Below, in pieces: positions 15,159-46,910 of a stretch of 64,000 nt of DNA. Positions within the stretch are counted from its first letter, which is position 1. Every line of letters starts with the position of its first letter. Made by a program: the position numbers and the translations under genes. This DNA is from Chrysomallon squamiferum (lineage: Eukaryota > Animalia > Mollusca), in contig CM022670.1 in NCBI GenBank assembly GCA_012295275.1, forward strand, positions 14,446,001-14,510,000, in the 5' to 3' direction. The notes beneath the pieces were generated by a model, which searched no databases, was not told the origin of the DNA, and saw only the letters and a list, made by a program, of their open reading frames with translations.

Positions 15159-17860
15159 ATGGAGAAAAGAGCAGGTAAGTTCTCATACATTATTATTATT
15201 TTCGGTTAAAGAAGTCATTAATAGTCGTAAAATATAAAAACACTAGAGAAAGAAATAACAAAATATACTATTAGTATACATTTTCGACATGTTTGAATGT
15301 TGTATTATTTACTGCTTGACGTTGTTCGAGAAAGAGGTCAGGGTTGCTTCGACATTAGCAGGCGAATCTCGTGTTATTTGCGATGTTTTTTTAATTCTTT
15401 TCAGTATGTCCAACGATGCGGTGAGCTATATTCTGCGAAACATTTATGAACAAACATTTCAATAGTTGATTTTAAATTGTAAACATTAAGGATGGCATTA
15501 ATAACAATAACTGTAATACCAACTGATTATATGTATACATATATATATATATATACACACACACCTATGTGTGTTTGTATACAAAGACGTACACCCAGAG
15601 ATGCATACCTACATTCATACGAGTAATTACATAATTATGAATAATTTACAAAATAGTAGTAGTAGTAGTAGTAGTAATAATAATAATAATAATAATTATC
15701 ATCATCATCATAATAATACGATGTAACAGTAATAAAAGATAAAGAAATTTGTAAATTTCACACGCTAAACCAGGAAGATTTATTCAGCCAGCCCTTTCAA
15801 TTCATGTTTCAACAATTACTCTATAAGCAACGCCCACTTAGATAGTGTTACTATGTCCCACAAGCTAACATCCAAAATGGCTGAATCGGTAGCAGACGGC
15901 GTAGCTGATCTAAACAATATGCCAGGTGATGTGTCGGTTTTATATCTTCGGCCTTTCCAGAAAAGCAGAAGAGGAAGGTTTAAATTATTTTACGCAAAGC
16001 TACATCCACAATAAAACCAAAAGTGAACGCGAGATGCAGTCGTTCCATGAGGAGAAATGACTGCATATTCTCGTTTGCTTGGAGAAGAGACAATCAGAGG
16101 CTAACTGCTCATGTAATGCTGGATGTGTATGTTTTGGTATTAAACTGATATTACAGCATGATGTATTTTAGTGGAAAGAAAAAAAAGAAAAGTAACAAAT
16201 AAGAATATAAGAAATGACACGTGTCTTAAAGCTGCATTTTCAAAACAATGTGTAATAATTGAACATTTACAATAGATTGCCCAAATGTTTAGTTTGAATT
16301 CACCTCACAAGCAATTTAGGTCATTTGGGCATATATATCATTCATACTTAGATAATTCGAATATATAGCTAGTTATCAACTGTGTATATTATTATTATTT
16401 GAAAACTTGCTTTTAAATGACTTTCTTTTTGAGAGTATGGTCGTCCGCATAGTCGAATCCATTTTAAACATATTTTTCTCGTATAAATGTCAAATGCTGT
16501 CCACTTTCGTACCGTTCATCCGATTTGCATGTTCAAGCAAATCACTTCACCATTGTGCCTATGAATAATGCCTTCTAAGAAAGAAAGTATTAACACTTGG
16601 TGAACAACTGAATAAAACAATAATCAACATAAAAATATAACAGAGACTGTGTGTGTTGTAAAGAGACGGTTTTAAGGTGTGTTTTAGAAATGTTTTGTGC
16701 TTGATATAAATCTTTACACTTTACAGAGGAATACACATAAAGCTAGTTTACTTGGATCACTGACATTTGGTTTATACCACAATGAGACAGCATTAAGTGG
16801 AAAGAAAACAAAACAGTACAGAGAACAGAAGAAAACAAACTTTCATAAAAAATAAGTAAAAATTACTAAACAAATTATAATAAATAGAAAAAACAACAAC
16901 AAATGAATAAAACAAAAATACATAATTACAGAAGAAGAAGAGGAAGAAGAAGAAGACGGAGAAGAAGAAGAAGAAGAAGAAGAAATCCCTATAATTTCTC
17001 CACCTCAAATAGTACAAAATACGAACGAAATAATAAAAAATTACATAAATAAAAAAAAATAATAATAAATAATTAAAATAAATAATAATAAAAACGAAAT
17101 AAATATAAATAGCATAAAAATAAATATAAAAATAAATAAATACCGAAAAATATTGCTGGAGCTATAAAGAGTATTAATACAAGCTGAATACAAATAAATA
17201 AATAAATAAATAAAAGATTAAATGTATGGATATTCTGAATTTTTTTCTTTTTTTTCTATTCTTTCTTTCTTTCTTTCTTTATTTCTAATCTCTTTATAGT
17301 CTATGTAAGAAAGCATTAATATAATCGAGGTTTCTTTCTTTCATCTTCAATTAAATAAACGTATTTTTCATGCCATGGTTTTGGTGAAACGTTCAGAACA
17401 AAAATTGATGTATATATTTAAAATGTATTTCAGAGGGTGGTTACGAAGAGTGTCCATCCCAAAATGTAAGTTGTTTAAAATGTTTTCCATATATAAATTT
17501 CCGATTTTTTATTTTTTTTATTATTGTTGTTGTTGTTTTGTTTAGTTTTTATATTATTTGATTTATTATATTGTATTTATTCTTATTTCATTAAAAATAT
17601 TATTATTATTATTATTAATATTATTTGATTTATTTTTTCTTTATATCACTTTAATTATTGTTTTCTTTCGGTGGTCGTTATATTTCAATCATTTGGTATT
17701 TATGGCACGTAGTAGTTTTTTGGTGTGAATCCCTGTGTCTGTGTGAACTTACATATGTAATATCAACGGATATTACATCTACATAAAAATAAATCAATCA
17801 GTAATAATAGTAATAATAATATGGATAAATACGACAACTAGAACAACAACAACAACAACA

Positions 17861-17909
<49 letters not shown>

Positions 17910-20736
17910 TAATAATAATACTAATGACGACGATGATGATGATGATTTATTTCAGCCACCACCAGCATATGGTGAACCACAAGGGAATTGTGGACCTGCT
18001 CCACCAAAAGCTTATGGACCTGCACCTCCGGCATATACTCCAGCTCCAGAAGGTTGCAGTCTAGGAGAACCTCAACCAGGATATGGGCAACAGTCACAAG
18101 GATACGGTCCACCACCGTCATCAGGATATGTGCCGCCACCTCCTCGTTACGGACCAGTAACAGGACAAGGTCAAATGTAAGTAGATTCTCTGTAGAATTT
18201 GTGAGTCTGTCTCAAGAAAATACACATAAATCATTTGTTTTAGCAGTTTTACATTTTTAGTTATGCCAGAAATAATAAGAAAAGACAACTTAGTTTTAAA
18301 ACTGATACTCGTCCTGATGTATTGTACTTGTGAAAAGGGAAGATCGTCGAAGGTATGAATATTTATGTATCTCATGCACTGATTCGTGCAATTATTAACT
18401 TTATGTTTTGAAGTGAACTTCACTAATAAATCTTACAATAATAATTTTCTAAATAGCTGTAAGTGTTATTAAAGGGAGCTGCGCGGTGTAGTATTTGATA
18501 AAATCAATAATTTCACGAGGCAAAACAAGAGAAGATTACAAAACATTTACTTTATGGGGCTGGTGCTCAGATTTGGATGAGTTAATACTTTATTACCGAG
18601 TTATTCCGTATGAAAGTGTCAGTCATGTTTTCATTTATTCGTTTCACTTTCAAGGGAAAACATTCGACAAATTCTGCTGACTTCACACTTACTTGTTACG
18701 TACACAGACTGTAAACTAGTAAAGTATGAAACTCTGAAGTTACCACTATGTTTACTGGCTTATGAATTTGTAACATTTTTAAAACGAGTTCATTTTCTTA
18801 TAATAACTAGAAATCTAAGCTGCTTCCTATTGTGAGTTTACGACTTTGGTGATGTATGCATACAATAAGAGGGTAATCGTTGCTATGGTTTTAGTACCAC
18901 ATCATCATTCCAACGGCTATTACAACAACAAAAAAATAATAAATAAATAATAGTAATAATAATATTGATATCAATAAAAACAAGAAGAACAGTAATAGTA
19001 ATAATGATAATGATGATGATGATGATTCATTTTAGCCACCACCAGCACACGGTCAACCACAAGTGAATTATGGACCTTCACCACCACAAGGACACGGTCC
19101 ATCACAGCCATATGGATACGGACGAGAACCAGCAGACAATCAAATGATGGTAAGTAGACACTCTGTAAAATGTCTGACTCTATCTCCCAAAAAATACACA
19201 TAAAACATTTGTTTTAGCAGTTATATATTTTAAGTTATTCCGGAAATAATAAGAAAACAACAACATCCTGTTGTATTTTACTTGTAAGAATTAAAGATCG
19301 TCGAAAATATGAATATTCATGTAATGATTCGGAACAGAATTGAGACATTGTGTTAAACCGATAAACGACTGCTGACTTCACACTTACTTATTATGTACTA
19401 AGACTGTAGACTAGTTTAGTATGAAATTCTCAAGTTACCAGTATGTTTACTGGCTCATGAATTTGTAAGACGTTTTTAAAACGAGTTCGTTTTCTTATAA
19501 TAATTTACACGCAGCAAAATGGACTAGAAACCTAAGCTACTTGCTATGGTTAATGTACCACTTTGGTGCTGTATGCAAAAAATAAGAGGGCATCCGTTCC
19601 TAAGGTTGCAGTACTATATCGTCATTCCAAAGATCCATAACATCTGCATTATATGAATATGAATTATGAATATTAAACAGTTTGCAAGTACATGGGTGTC
19701 TGTGTATGTAAATATACACTTTCTATATGTATAATATATTCTATATTTTACATGTAAAAATTAATAGTGCTACATATTACTTTCAGATTATTCGACAACC
19801 ACCGACGACTTTGATTGCCGATCCTGCAGCTCGACCCCGTGATTACCTTATCCTGTCTGTCATATCTTGTATTGTATGCCCGATCTGGGGCATAATCGCT
19901 ATATTACTTTCACTTTCGGTAAGTCTTTTGGAGAACTAAATATTTTCGTGTGAGTACGTAAATGTGTTATAGTTAATCTGTAAGACCTGTCAGGACATGT
20001 AATGCCTTAAATTATCCATCATTTGACTAATGTTTAGTATCACCATTGTATTCGGGTAATGCCTAAAATGTTCAATCATTTTAGGAAATGACTAGGATTT
20101 GTGTAATATGCTTGTTGTATTTTACCATCCTTTACATTTTATTTATCTTTTAATGTTAAGAGTGATTTCTAATGATTCTGCCATTTGGCACAGACAGAGC
20201 AGAACTATTAGGTGTTTTACGAACATGAATATAATGATTAAAGACTATTAACATTTAGAACATAACACTTTTTGCTCACTTGTCGTTAGGCTTAATGACG
20301 ATATATAATCTGAGTCTTTCTTTACTGAATTACAATTTTTACAAGTACACATTCACGCTCACCCACCCATCCACCCACCCTCACTCACCCATCCACCCCC
20401 ATAATCACACTCACACATACAGACTATAACACACACAGATGTACACTCAACCAAGCACACCCAACCACATGGCCACCCACACATATCCATACGCAAACTC
20501 CCAGCGAAACACCCATATACCCACCTACTAGAAACATACAAACATAATTATATCGCTCGAAATGGCCGCAGGATTTCTAAATCTGTTTTCTATTTATTTT
20601 TCAGTCCCGAACTGCGGCAGATATTGGTAAGTTCGAGGAGGCGAGACTTAGCGGGATAAAGGCCAGGAATAGAGCAATCGCCGCCATTGTGACTGGCACA
20701 GTCCTCACCGTTATAAATCTCATTTACTGGTTGTGA
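15159..20736 (+). CDS. Proline-rich CD225/dispanin family transmembrane protein (PRRT1/IFITM-like)
   Basis: Exons 15159-15174 (MEKRA), 17434-17465 (EGGYEECPSQN), [17956-18176 Pro/Gly/Tyr-rich, donor out of frame], 19036-19149 (PPPAHGQPQ...), 19787-19918 (...RPRDYLILSVISCIVCPIWGIIAILLSLS), 20605-20736 (SRTAADIGKFEEARLSGIKARNRAIAAIVTGTVLTVINLIYWL*). P-x-D-Y-L, G-x-x-A and G-x-x-x-x-A pattern with two hydrophobic segments is typical of CD225. All GT-AG and in frame if 17956-18176 is skipped. Confidence 0.85.
17935..19635 (+). repeat. Tandem duplication of Pro-rich exon plus following intron in the dispanin gene
   Basis: About 17935-18915 vs 19015-19635 share gatgatt..ttt-ag|ccaccaccagca, gtaagtaga-tctctgta, ctgctgacttcacacttactt, tttttaaaacgagttc, aataagaggg. 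Confidence 0.9.
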
Positions 20737-20794
20737 CTCAACCCTTTGTTGACGACATATTTCAGAAACATTACTGTAATAGCGGTTTGAAACA

Positions 20795-21500
20795 ATACAT
20801 AGTTATCTATAACACTAGACTACTACATCTTTTTGTTAATCGGAATATCATTACATTAGTCAATACACCCAGTCTGTATCATAGCACAGTTATACTCGCT
20901 TAGTTCGCAAATACAGACACAGAAAGTTATGTATTAAAACTAAATTTCAATATATGGAATTTATAAATAATATGTCAAACACTTATATGGAACAAAATAG
21001 TTAAACATGTTAAATAATTTTATACATTTCGATATCCCGAATATAAACCTTTGTAATAAAATTTGTTACCGTTTAGATCTAAAACTAAATAATAAGATTT
21101 GTTAACTAATGTATAACTAGTAGTTCGTTTAAAATAATACATTACTTAGCCAATGGAAACATTATAATGGCTTGTATAAAACGCAACATAATAACAGTTA
21201 TCTAAAATTTTGATAAAAAGTGTTGTATGAATTAAAATAAATATAATACTAATTATATATTTGTACCAAACAGGATTTTGTTTGATATGCATAGCCATGT
21301 TACATTCTTAGCTTCACATTGCATGAAACAAAAAGTAAGCAAACAAACAAACAGACAAATAAGTAAATAAATAAATAAATAAATAACATTAAATTAATTA
21401 ATTAATAAAGGAAGATAAATAAATAAATATGGAATTTTGTTTTTTATATGATATCCTTCTCACGGACAGTATGTGTCAGTATTTCTTAGCCTGTAATTAT
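20795..21500 (-). pseudogene. Relic of RPTP terminal intron and part of penultimate D2 exon, directly 3' of the dispanin stop
   Basis: Colinear with 28120-28570 (agttatctat...tcgatatcccgaat-aaacctt), 28795-28860 (gtaccaaacag-at-ttgtttg-tatgca...ttcttagcttcacatt) and 28985-29025 (gatatccttct-acggaca-tatgtgtca). Confidence 0.8.
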
Positions 21501-23685
21501 TATTACAAAATGAACACCAATAGGTAAGTAAGTTCTCGATCTCGGAAATCTATCTGTTTTGTTGTTGAATTTGAACTGCATGGAAAAATAAATAAAAAAG
21601 ATTATACAGCAGGAAATCTGACTTATAATAGGATGATTTTCATCACTGTAATTTTAAGCAGGCTATGATTATAATACAAAAAGACACTATTTAATCTATA
21701 TTTAAAGATCAGTGTACGTTTCCATATACTTGTATTTAATATAAGTCAAGTATGGTGTTAATTATATGTCCGTTTATAATCTTTAACTGCTACATGTAAA
21801 TATTAATGCTGTTATATATTATTTTCAGATTATTCAACAATACATATTTATACACACACACACAGCAACACACACACCCACATCACACATATGTATGGTC
21901 ATAAATGATACACTAGTCACAGATAAACACTGACATAATTACAGCTGTTACAGTAAAACCTTTCCTTAAAATGGTTTACAGGATCATGTTTGAATTTAGA
22001 AAACAATATCTTTACGTCGAAGAACTATCCGTGTGGTATTATTGTGAACAGTGTCCCTCTAACCGATTAATGTTTTTTCTATACATTTGTATTAGCGTAT
22101 TACGTAGTTCAAAAGCTATTATTAATGACCAAATATACAAAACATCGTTTGTGTTGTAAAATATATTTCCTGTGATACTATTTGCAGTTTTTATATTCAT
22201 GTAGAAAACAGTCTCCAAAATTCAATAATTATTTTACAAATAAAGTTTGAGGTGACTGAAACTGATTTTAACACATACAAACACATACGCACATACACAT
22301 ACACAAACATTCACGCCTTTATTTATTTATACACATACACCCTGGTTAATGATGCACGCACACAAATTCACGCGCCATTAACGTTTCTCTCTAGCATGCA
22401 AGTGATCTTAAATATTGTATTATCAAGTTATAATCTCGATTATATTTGTTTAAGTCAGTTTTATCATCTACAAATAAAACAATAGCTTATATATGCTGGC
22501 GTGAAAGAAAATTTATTATTTCAGATGATGCAAGTGCCTAGTTCTTTAACAAGCACAAAAACCTTGTTTTATTATTTTCTTTCTCTAAATAATAAACACT
22601 TCATTTATTTGTATACACCAGGATGTTTTCTCTTTAAAGAAAAACTCTAAAAATGACTTGGACAATGATACCAAACACCTATTGATATATACCACTTAAA
22701 TGTTTTAAATGTTGATTTGTTTTATTAAATTTTAGCTTTCGAAATTCTGTACAATGATATATATTTTCGTGTTTACGGGGAGCTGGTTACAAAATACTTT
22801 CTCCTGGTAATCAAATGGAGAACCTACATAGCTAGGTTTATTTACACTGAAAACCGAATTAATGCCTACCTTTTGACAACAGGCATCGTTATTAAAATGA
22901 ATCCCTTAAAAACAAAAAAGTAATAAATAAAAAAAATAAAAACAGTGGGAAGATTATCTGATACCTTTATAACGAAGCCTGCCTGACATAAAGCGGATCT
23001 TTATAAATGTGTTTGGTATAAAAAAAAAAAAAAAAAAAAATATAAAATCAGGAGTATGATATAATAAATAACTTTTATATTCATTTTTATATATTTGCAC
23101 ATACGCTTTATTATTTTCACATAATTAAACACAAACAGACATACAACATTTTTTATTATATACAGTTAATACAGATGATCATTAAATAAAATCTGTAAAT
23201 CAGACAATGTGCGATTCAAAAAACGAAACGTGTATCGGAGACTGTCATCCTGGATGGAGAAACAAAGACTGTTTTGAAAGTACCCGACACAAACTTATAC
23301 ATTTAGTAAATTATTTTTAACAGTTTCATTCATTTATATCTTTCCTTTCATTTAGTGTTTTAATAAAGTACATTATATTAAAGTCATTAATTCTATATAA
23401 CAATTTTAAAGTACTCTGGTTACTAATAGATAATTTTATATTAATTCTAATGAATTATCTCTCACGGATTCAACTGTTCAAAGTTTTGTACAGACAGATG
23501 CTGCAACGGACAGTGATGTTGTAATCACAGTGATGGTGAATGTAAAACGGGATGTAAAGGTGAATGGAAAGGTATTGACTGTACAGGTGAATTGATATCT
23601 TCTTTTATTAATATACAATTCTTTATTTTTTCAACAGAGAATAAATAAATAAATGAATCACTAAACAAACAACCAAACAAACAAA

Positions 23686-23724
<39 letters not shown>

Positions 23725-23737
23725 ATAGAACAACAAC

Positions 23738-23794
<57 letters not shown>

Positions 23795-24317
23795 CCACAA
23801 TATATGGTATGATTACCAACGATATGAACAACAGATATTTCATGAATATTTCAGAATGTGATAACGCATCGATTTTCGTTACAAATGTAATGACAGAAAC
23901 TGCAAGAACGATAACTCATTTTGCAATATTAAAACAGGGGAATGTATTTAAAGATGTAAACCTTGATGGAAGGGTTTAAGCTGTATTTAAGACAAAGCCA
24001 TGTGTTGTACTAGCAACGGCATTCATGTTAAACAATAATTCTAAACTTAGCTGACTAAAAGAATTTGGTAATAAATAAATACTTTTTTTTCATAGCATTT
24101 AAAAATATATATTTTCTACTCTTTAAAGTGAACAATCTGTATTTCAAAGATTAATAAAAATATTAAGTAACTGATTAATTAGTCAATATTTATTATTAAT
24201 AAATAAATCTATTTTCTTCAACACATATCTTTCTTTTTTTCTATTATCTGTGTGAAGGACAAGTACGATGATAATAAATATTCATTTTATTTTATTTTAT
24301 TTTGCTTTGTTTGGTAG

Positions 24318-24445
<128 letters not shown>

Positions 24446-24501
24446 GGCGACAAACGTACAGATTATAATTAAATATGCCTTAGGATTTTGCGCGAACGTT
24501 T

Positions 24502-24901
24502 TCACTCTCTATCGGTAAAGCTGGGTTTGATGCACTCAGACATACCCAACTTGGAAGCTGTGTCCTGTGGTGTTTCGTCTCCATACCCGGTCAACAACTT
24601 CTTCCTCTCCTCTTCATATATCTTTGGGATACTGCTCAGCTCCTCGCGTGCTCGCTTCCGCATTGTGTTGGTCAGTAGGTGGACAGCAACTTCGCTCTCA
24701 TCCGAGGAATGGATGTGGTCTTTACCTCTCCTCACCACTGTCCCATCAGTTGTAGCAGTCACGGTTAAAGGCACCTCGAATAGAAACATCTCTATGGTAC
24801 CGTACCATTCTTGTTACTAATCCGCCGTGCATACCTATATTCATCAGTATGAGGTCCGCACCTTGTTTTCTACCGTCCAAAATTTCTCTCTTCGCACCCA
24901 T
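24502..24901 (-). mobile_element. FLYWCH zinc-finger / MULE (Mutator-like) transposase 5' relic
   Basis: Higher-GC island. Minus strand gives EYRYARRISNKNGTVP*RCFYSRC then, after a frameshift, TATTDGTVVRRGKDHIHSSDESEVAVHLLTNTMRKRAREELSSIPKIYEEE, matching the W-x-C...C...H-x-H FLYWCH pattern and downstream helix of animal MULE transposases. No DDE core or TIR pair seen. Confidence 0.65.
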
Positions 24902-27900
24902 GATCAAACGTAACAAACATCATGACTGTACAGTATTTATATTTCCTGTCTTCAAATTTTACGTTATAACATTAATTTCCTTGCAACCTCTAGTCTGACT
25001 ACTCTCTTCATACATCTCTTAACTGATCTCGTTAACCTCACACGTCTAAATTAGTAGGATTTCTTGTCTCCCGATTTTACTGAGATATACCATTAATTTC
25101 ATATCTCCAAACACTAATTTTCTTGCAATCTTTATTCCGGCTCACCTCTGCTCTTTCTGCTCTTTAAGGTTAATCTCTTTAATCGCTCCCTCTGTCCTTT
25201 ACACATTTTGTTATCTCCATGCGTCTAAATTGGCCTTAATGTTTCACGCCATTTTTACCATTTCTGGAAGCGAATTAGAGCACCACACCGATTACCTAAT
25301 CTGGAGACTGCCAGTTTAGGGAAAACACCGGAAGACTGACTCTATGTGTGTGCATTTTCAGTCAGGAGACTGTGACAATGTCTCTGGGGTGGTATGCCAA
25401 ATAAATAATCATAATGTTCTTATTAGTCGTCTGGATGGTGGTAAGAATGAATAGTATAAATGTATTTTGTATACTTCCAGATGAATGTTATATTTGTTGC
25501 TTCTGAAAGTGTACTTTTTTTTTTCTTTTTGCAATAAATTGTCTAAATATTTCTCATGGTGTTGAAACTTATTATTATTATTGCTCCTGTTGCTGTTATT
25601 ATCACCACTGTTACTACTACTACTACTACTATTACTACTACTACTACTACTACTACTATTGCAGCTGCTACTGTTGCTGCTACTACTGGTATTACTACTG
25701 CTGCTGATATTATTGTAACGTATTAAATTAAACACAATAGAAGTAACGATTAGGTATAATAGGTATTTACACTACTGCTGCGACAAACACGATTATTGGA
25801 CTCGTCGTTGGCCTCGTAGCGACGGGGAAGATTTACCACCATTGTGACCTATCACTTTAAAATGTGTTTTCACCAAAGTTTTACTTCAGTGCTGGAGCTG
25901 ACAGAACACTGCTCTTGTTATTCTGCTGTAGGAGCAGGAGGCGATGGGACATCAGTTAAATAAAATAATTCGTTCTTTATATATCTTCGTTTATACTACC
26001 AGTTTATTTAATCAGATATAATAATATGGAATAAATTTTAAAAAAAATCATTTACAATGAAAATATTTTAAAATTATAATTGCAGTAAACAGCAGTTGAT
26101 ATTTCAATACTTTTTTCTTACAGAATTGCAGATGATGAGTAAAATAATTCCACCAGCAGGACAGACCATTCAACATGGTAAAACGAACATCAGAGATCTC
26201 GGCGAAGCACGAGATATTCGAGAAGACGCTACATGTGGAAACAAAGGATTAGTATTTTAAAGGTTTACTGTAAAATTATATATATTGTTCATATGCCTGA
26301 AATATTCACATTGTAACATACTGAATTTTCAGGTCCTATAGAACATTTCGAAAACGACTAGTTTCCAAATTTACATTCTTTATTAAATATAAATGAAAAA
26401 GTATAGGCGTTAAAATCAAAGCAATATGTGTGTGTGTGTGCTGTTATTTTTTTAAATAACAAGAGATACGACATTACTGTATTCACAGATGGTTTCCAAA
26501 ACCTGACTCTGTAACATTGATAAACTGTTTGACAACAATCAGAGAAATATTACAAGAGAAAATCACAACTCATCCTCTCTTTCTCTCTCTCTCTCTCAGT
26601 ATATGTTTTTCAATTTAATTTTCAAGAAATATTTTTATACTGTAATACAACGGTGACAAAGCAAAACGAGAGATACAACATTACTGTATTGACGGTACCT
26701 CAGCGCTGAAGTGGTTTGTTTAAGTGCTTATTTTAGTCTTTTATGTATAATATTCGACATAATGCTTTCTATATATTCAATGAAAACATACACATAAACG
26801 TACATAGAGATATCCCACACACAGAGGCACACACCCACGTTTATAGACAGACACACACCCACACACACACACACACATATATATATACACATATATACAT
26901 ATATACAAACATACAAACACACATTATAAACATACTCAGATACAGTCATTCACCCATCCATCCATACATACATAAATACATAATTAAACAAATATTTGCA
27001 ATTTTTATTTATGAAAACTTTTTTTATTAATCTGGGCACGAATATTATTTCCTGTGTGATAGATACATAACGAAAACAAGGTTAACATCTAAAGCAAAGA
27101 AGAAAGTTACAAAGTAAGAAATCAATTTGAAGTTTCATTATTACATACTCAGTATAAACTTGCATATATATAAAACTGCTGGAATGTACGACGAAATTAA
27201 AAAAAAAGAAAAAAAAAGAAAAAAGAAATAAGAATAATAATGAAAGAAAAAAGAAAACATAAAAAGAATGAAAGAAAGAAAGAAAAACAAAACAAAACAA
27301 AGAAACAATGACACTTGAAAAATAAAGAAAAAAACAACAGTTCAGATATATTTATATGTACATGTAAATGAGAAAAGAAAATTGTATTATGACATAGTAT
27401 GACAGCTTTGACATCAACTTTGATTAGCTGAAAAGATTAATCATACATACAAATGTTCTCAGATAAAAATATCGTACAAAAAGTAACATCAATATTAGAT
27501 TAGTAAAAGGCATACACAAAACCTGTTGACAAATTATTAGTAAATATCAAATAAACCGTTGAAAAACTATTTTATGCAGTTTACTTCATGTACATGAATT
27601 AAACATGTTTTATAAGAAGTATTTATCAAGGTACAAAAATTTAGCGGCTTGATATGTACATTATGAATGACAAAATTAGAAAGACGACAGAAATAAAATA
27701 TTTAACACAAGTCGGTTTGTATTGATAATTCACAATACAAGACTAGAAGTATCTATTTGATTATTCAATCATTGCTACAGTATCGTCATATATAAATATC
27801 AACATTATGAACATTATATAAAACTCTTTGTGAAATTGTGCGATTAGAACCGTTATTGAAACATTGGATTAATATTACATGTATAAAAATTGAATCTTCG

Positions 27901-28014
27901 CAGAGTACAGAAGCAGAATCAAACAAAAATTAATTCACACTCAAGCATTAATTATAGTGAGTTTATTATGTTAACTGTTTTTATGTTAATTATGCACACA
28001 TGTGTAGACAAACT

Positions 28015-45526
<17,512 letters not shown>

Positions 45527-46181
45527 GTTGTAAAAACTTAGTCACTGTTAACCAGCGAGTGTTTGTCTATGCAAACCGGAATTTCTATGTTTGAGTGTAT
45601 CACTATTATTGTCGTTGAAACACACAATCTGTATCACGTGATTGACTAAATACACTGTGGGTTTGACTTGTTTAAGAGACAAAGGATTGTTCATGTTTAA
45701 TATTCTGAGTCGAGGGGTGGTTTATTGTAGGATGAACCATCTTTTGAGCGTGTGCATTCCTTCCACTGTCACACGAATTATTTATTTATTTATTTATATG
45801 TGGATATATAACGATAGGAACATGCACATATATCCATTCATGCATGCCGGCATACTCAAGATTTGTTTGGTGTTTTTTTGTGTTTTTCAAACCATCTTGT
45901 TAAACAGAACTATGAATACGATGAAATTAAAATCAATTCACATATCTTTACGTTTATTTGTACATTTATTTATTTTAAATTATTTGTTCTTCGAAAATAT
46001 GTTTTTGTCCCTCATTATTATCTAAGATCATCATCATAATCAGCATCATAATAATCACCATCACCATCATGCAGGAGGCATTTTAATGATTATTACCCTC
46101 CTTACCACTAATTAAATAAATGGTTTCTGATTAAGCACATTAACAAAATTAGTGAAACCGTAGCCGTAACTGCATGAACTA

Positions 46182-46289
46182 CAAACAGCTTCAGTGTCAC
46201 TGTGAAAATTCATAACATATGAATGAGGGAACGAGAGCGTACACACATACGGACTTCAGTTTTGTTATTTTTTATTCTTTTATTATTAC

Positions 46290-46347
<58 letters not shown>

Positions 46348-46910
46348 GTTATTGTACTACTACTGCTATTACTAATATTAGTACTATTAATAACACTACT
46401 ACTACTACTATCTCTACTATTATTATTATTGTTATTATTATTATCATATAGGGACTACTATATTTTCGTTCGAGAGCAGTATTGTTGTATAATAAACTAA
46501 TTGTAATATAAAGATAATTATTTGGATGAAACAGGATGATATTACTTATTTAAAATTAAATAAAATTAAAGATACCTGTTTAATATATCAACAAACTGAT
46601 ACATAAATAAATAAAATACCAGTATGAATGAAAGAATGAATGAGTAAGTAAATAATGAAAGAAATAAAGAGAAAAAAGAATAATATCAGTAGCTAATCTA
46701 TTATTTAATTTAAAAAAAATAACAAAAGAAAAAAAAAATACAAAAATAATACTGATAATAAAACCTGTGCCATGATGTAACAAATATTTTATTCACTTAT
46801 ATATTTGCACAATAGCGTATTGTGTGCATGCGTGTCTGTATATATCTGGTTACTGGGTCCTTTTTAAAAAAATGGTATGTTCTTCTTTTTCTATGTATAC
46901 AAGTGAGACT
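46182..46910. repeat. Inverted, internally deleted copy of 4230-8117
   Basis: 46182-46811 is the reverse complement of about 8117->7210 and 46812-46910 of about 4328->4230. A further partial copy lies at about 51430-51850. Confidence 0.85.

Noticed and set aside
15780-16140. Higher-GC island in dispanin intron 1
   Set aside because: No recognisable ORF, TIR or RNA structure by eye; probably an old repeat fragment but unsupported.
17921-18260. ORFs 17921-18139 (-) and 17988-18260 (+)
   Set aside because: Shadow frames of the Pro-rich dispanin exon.
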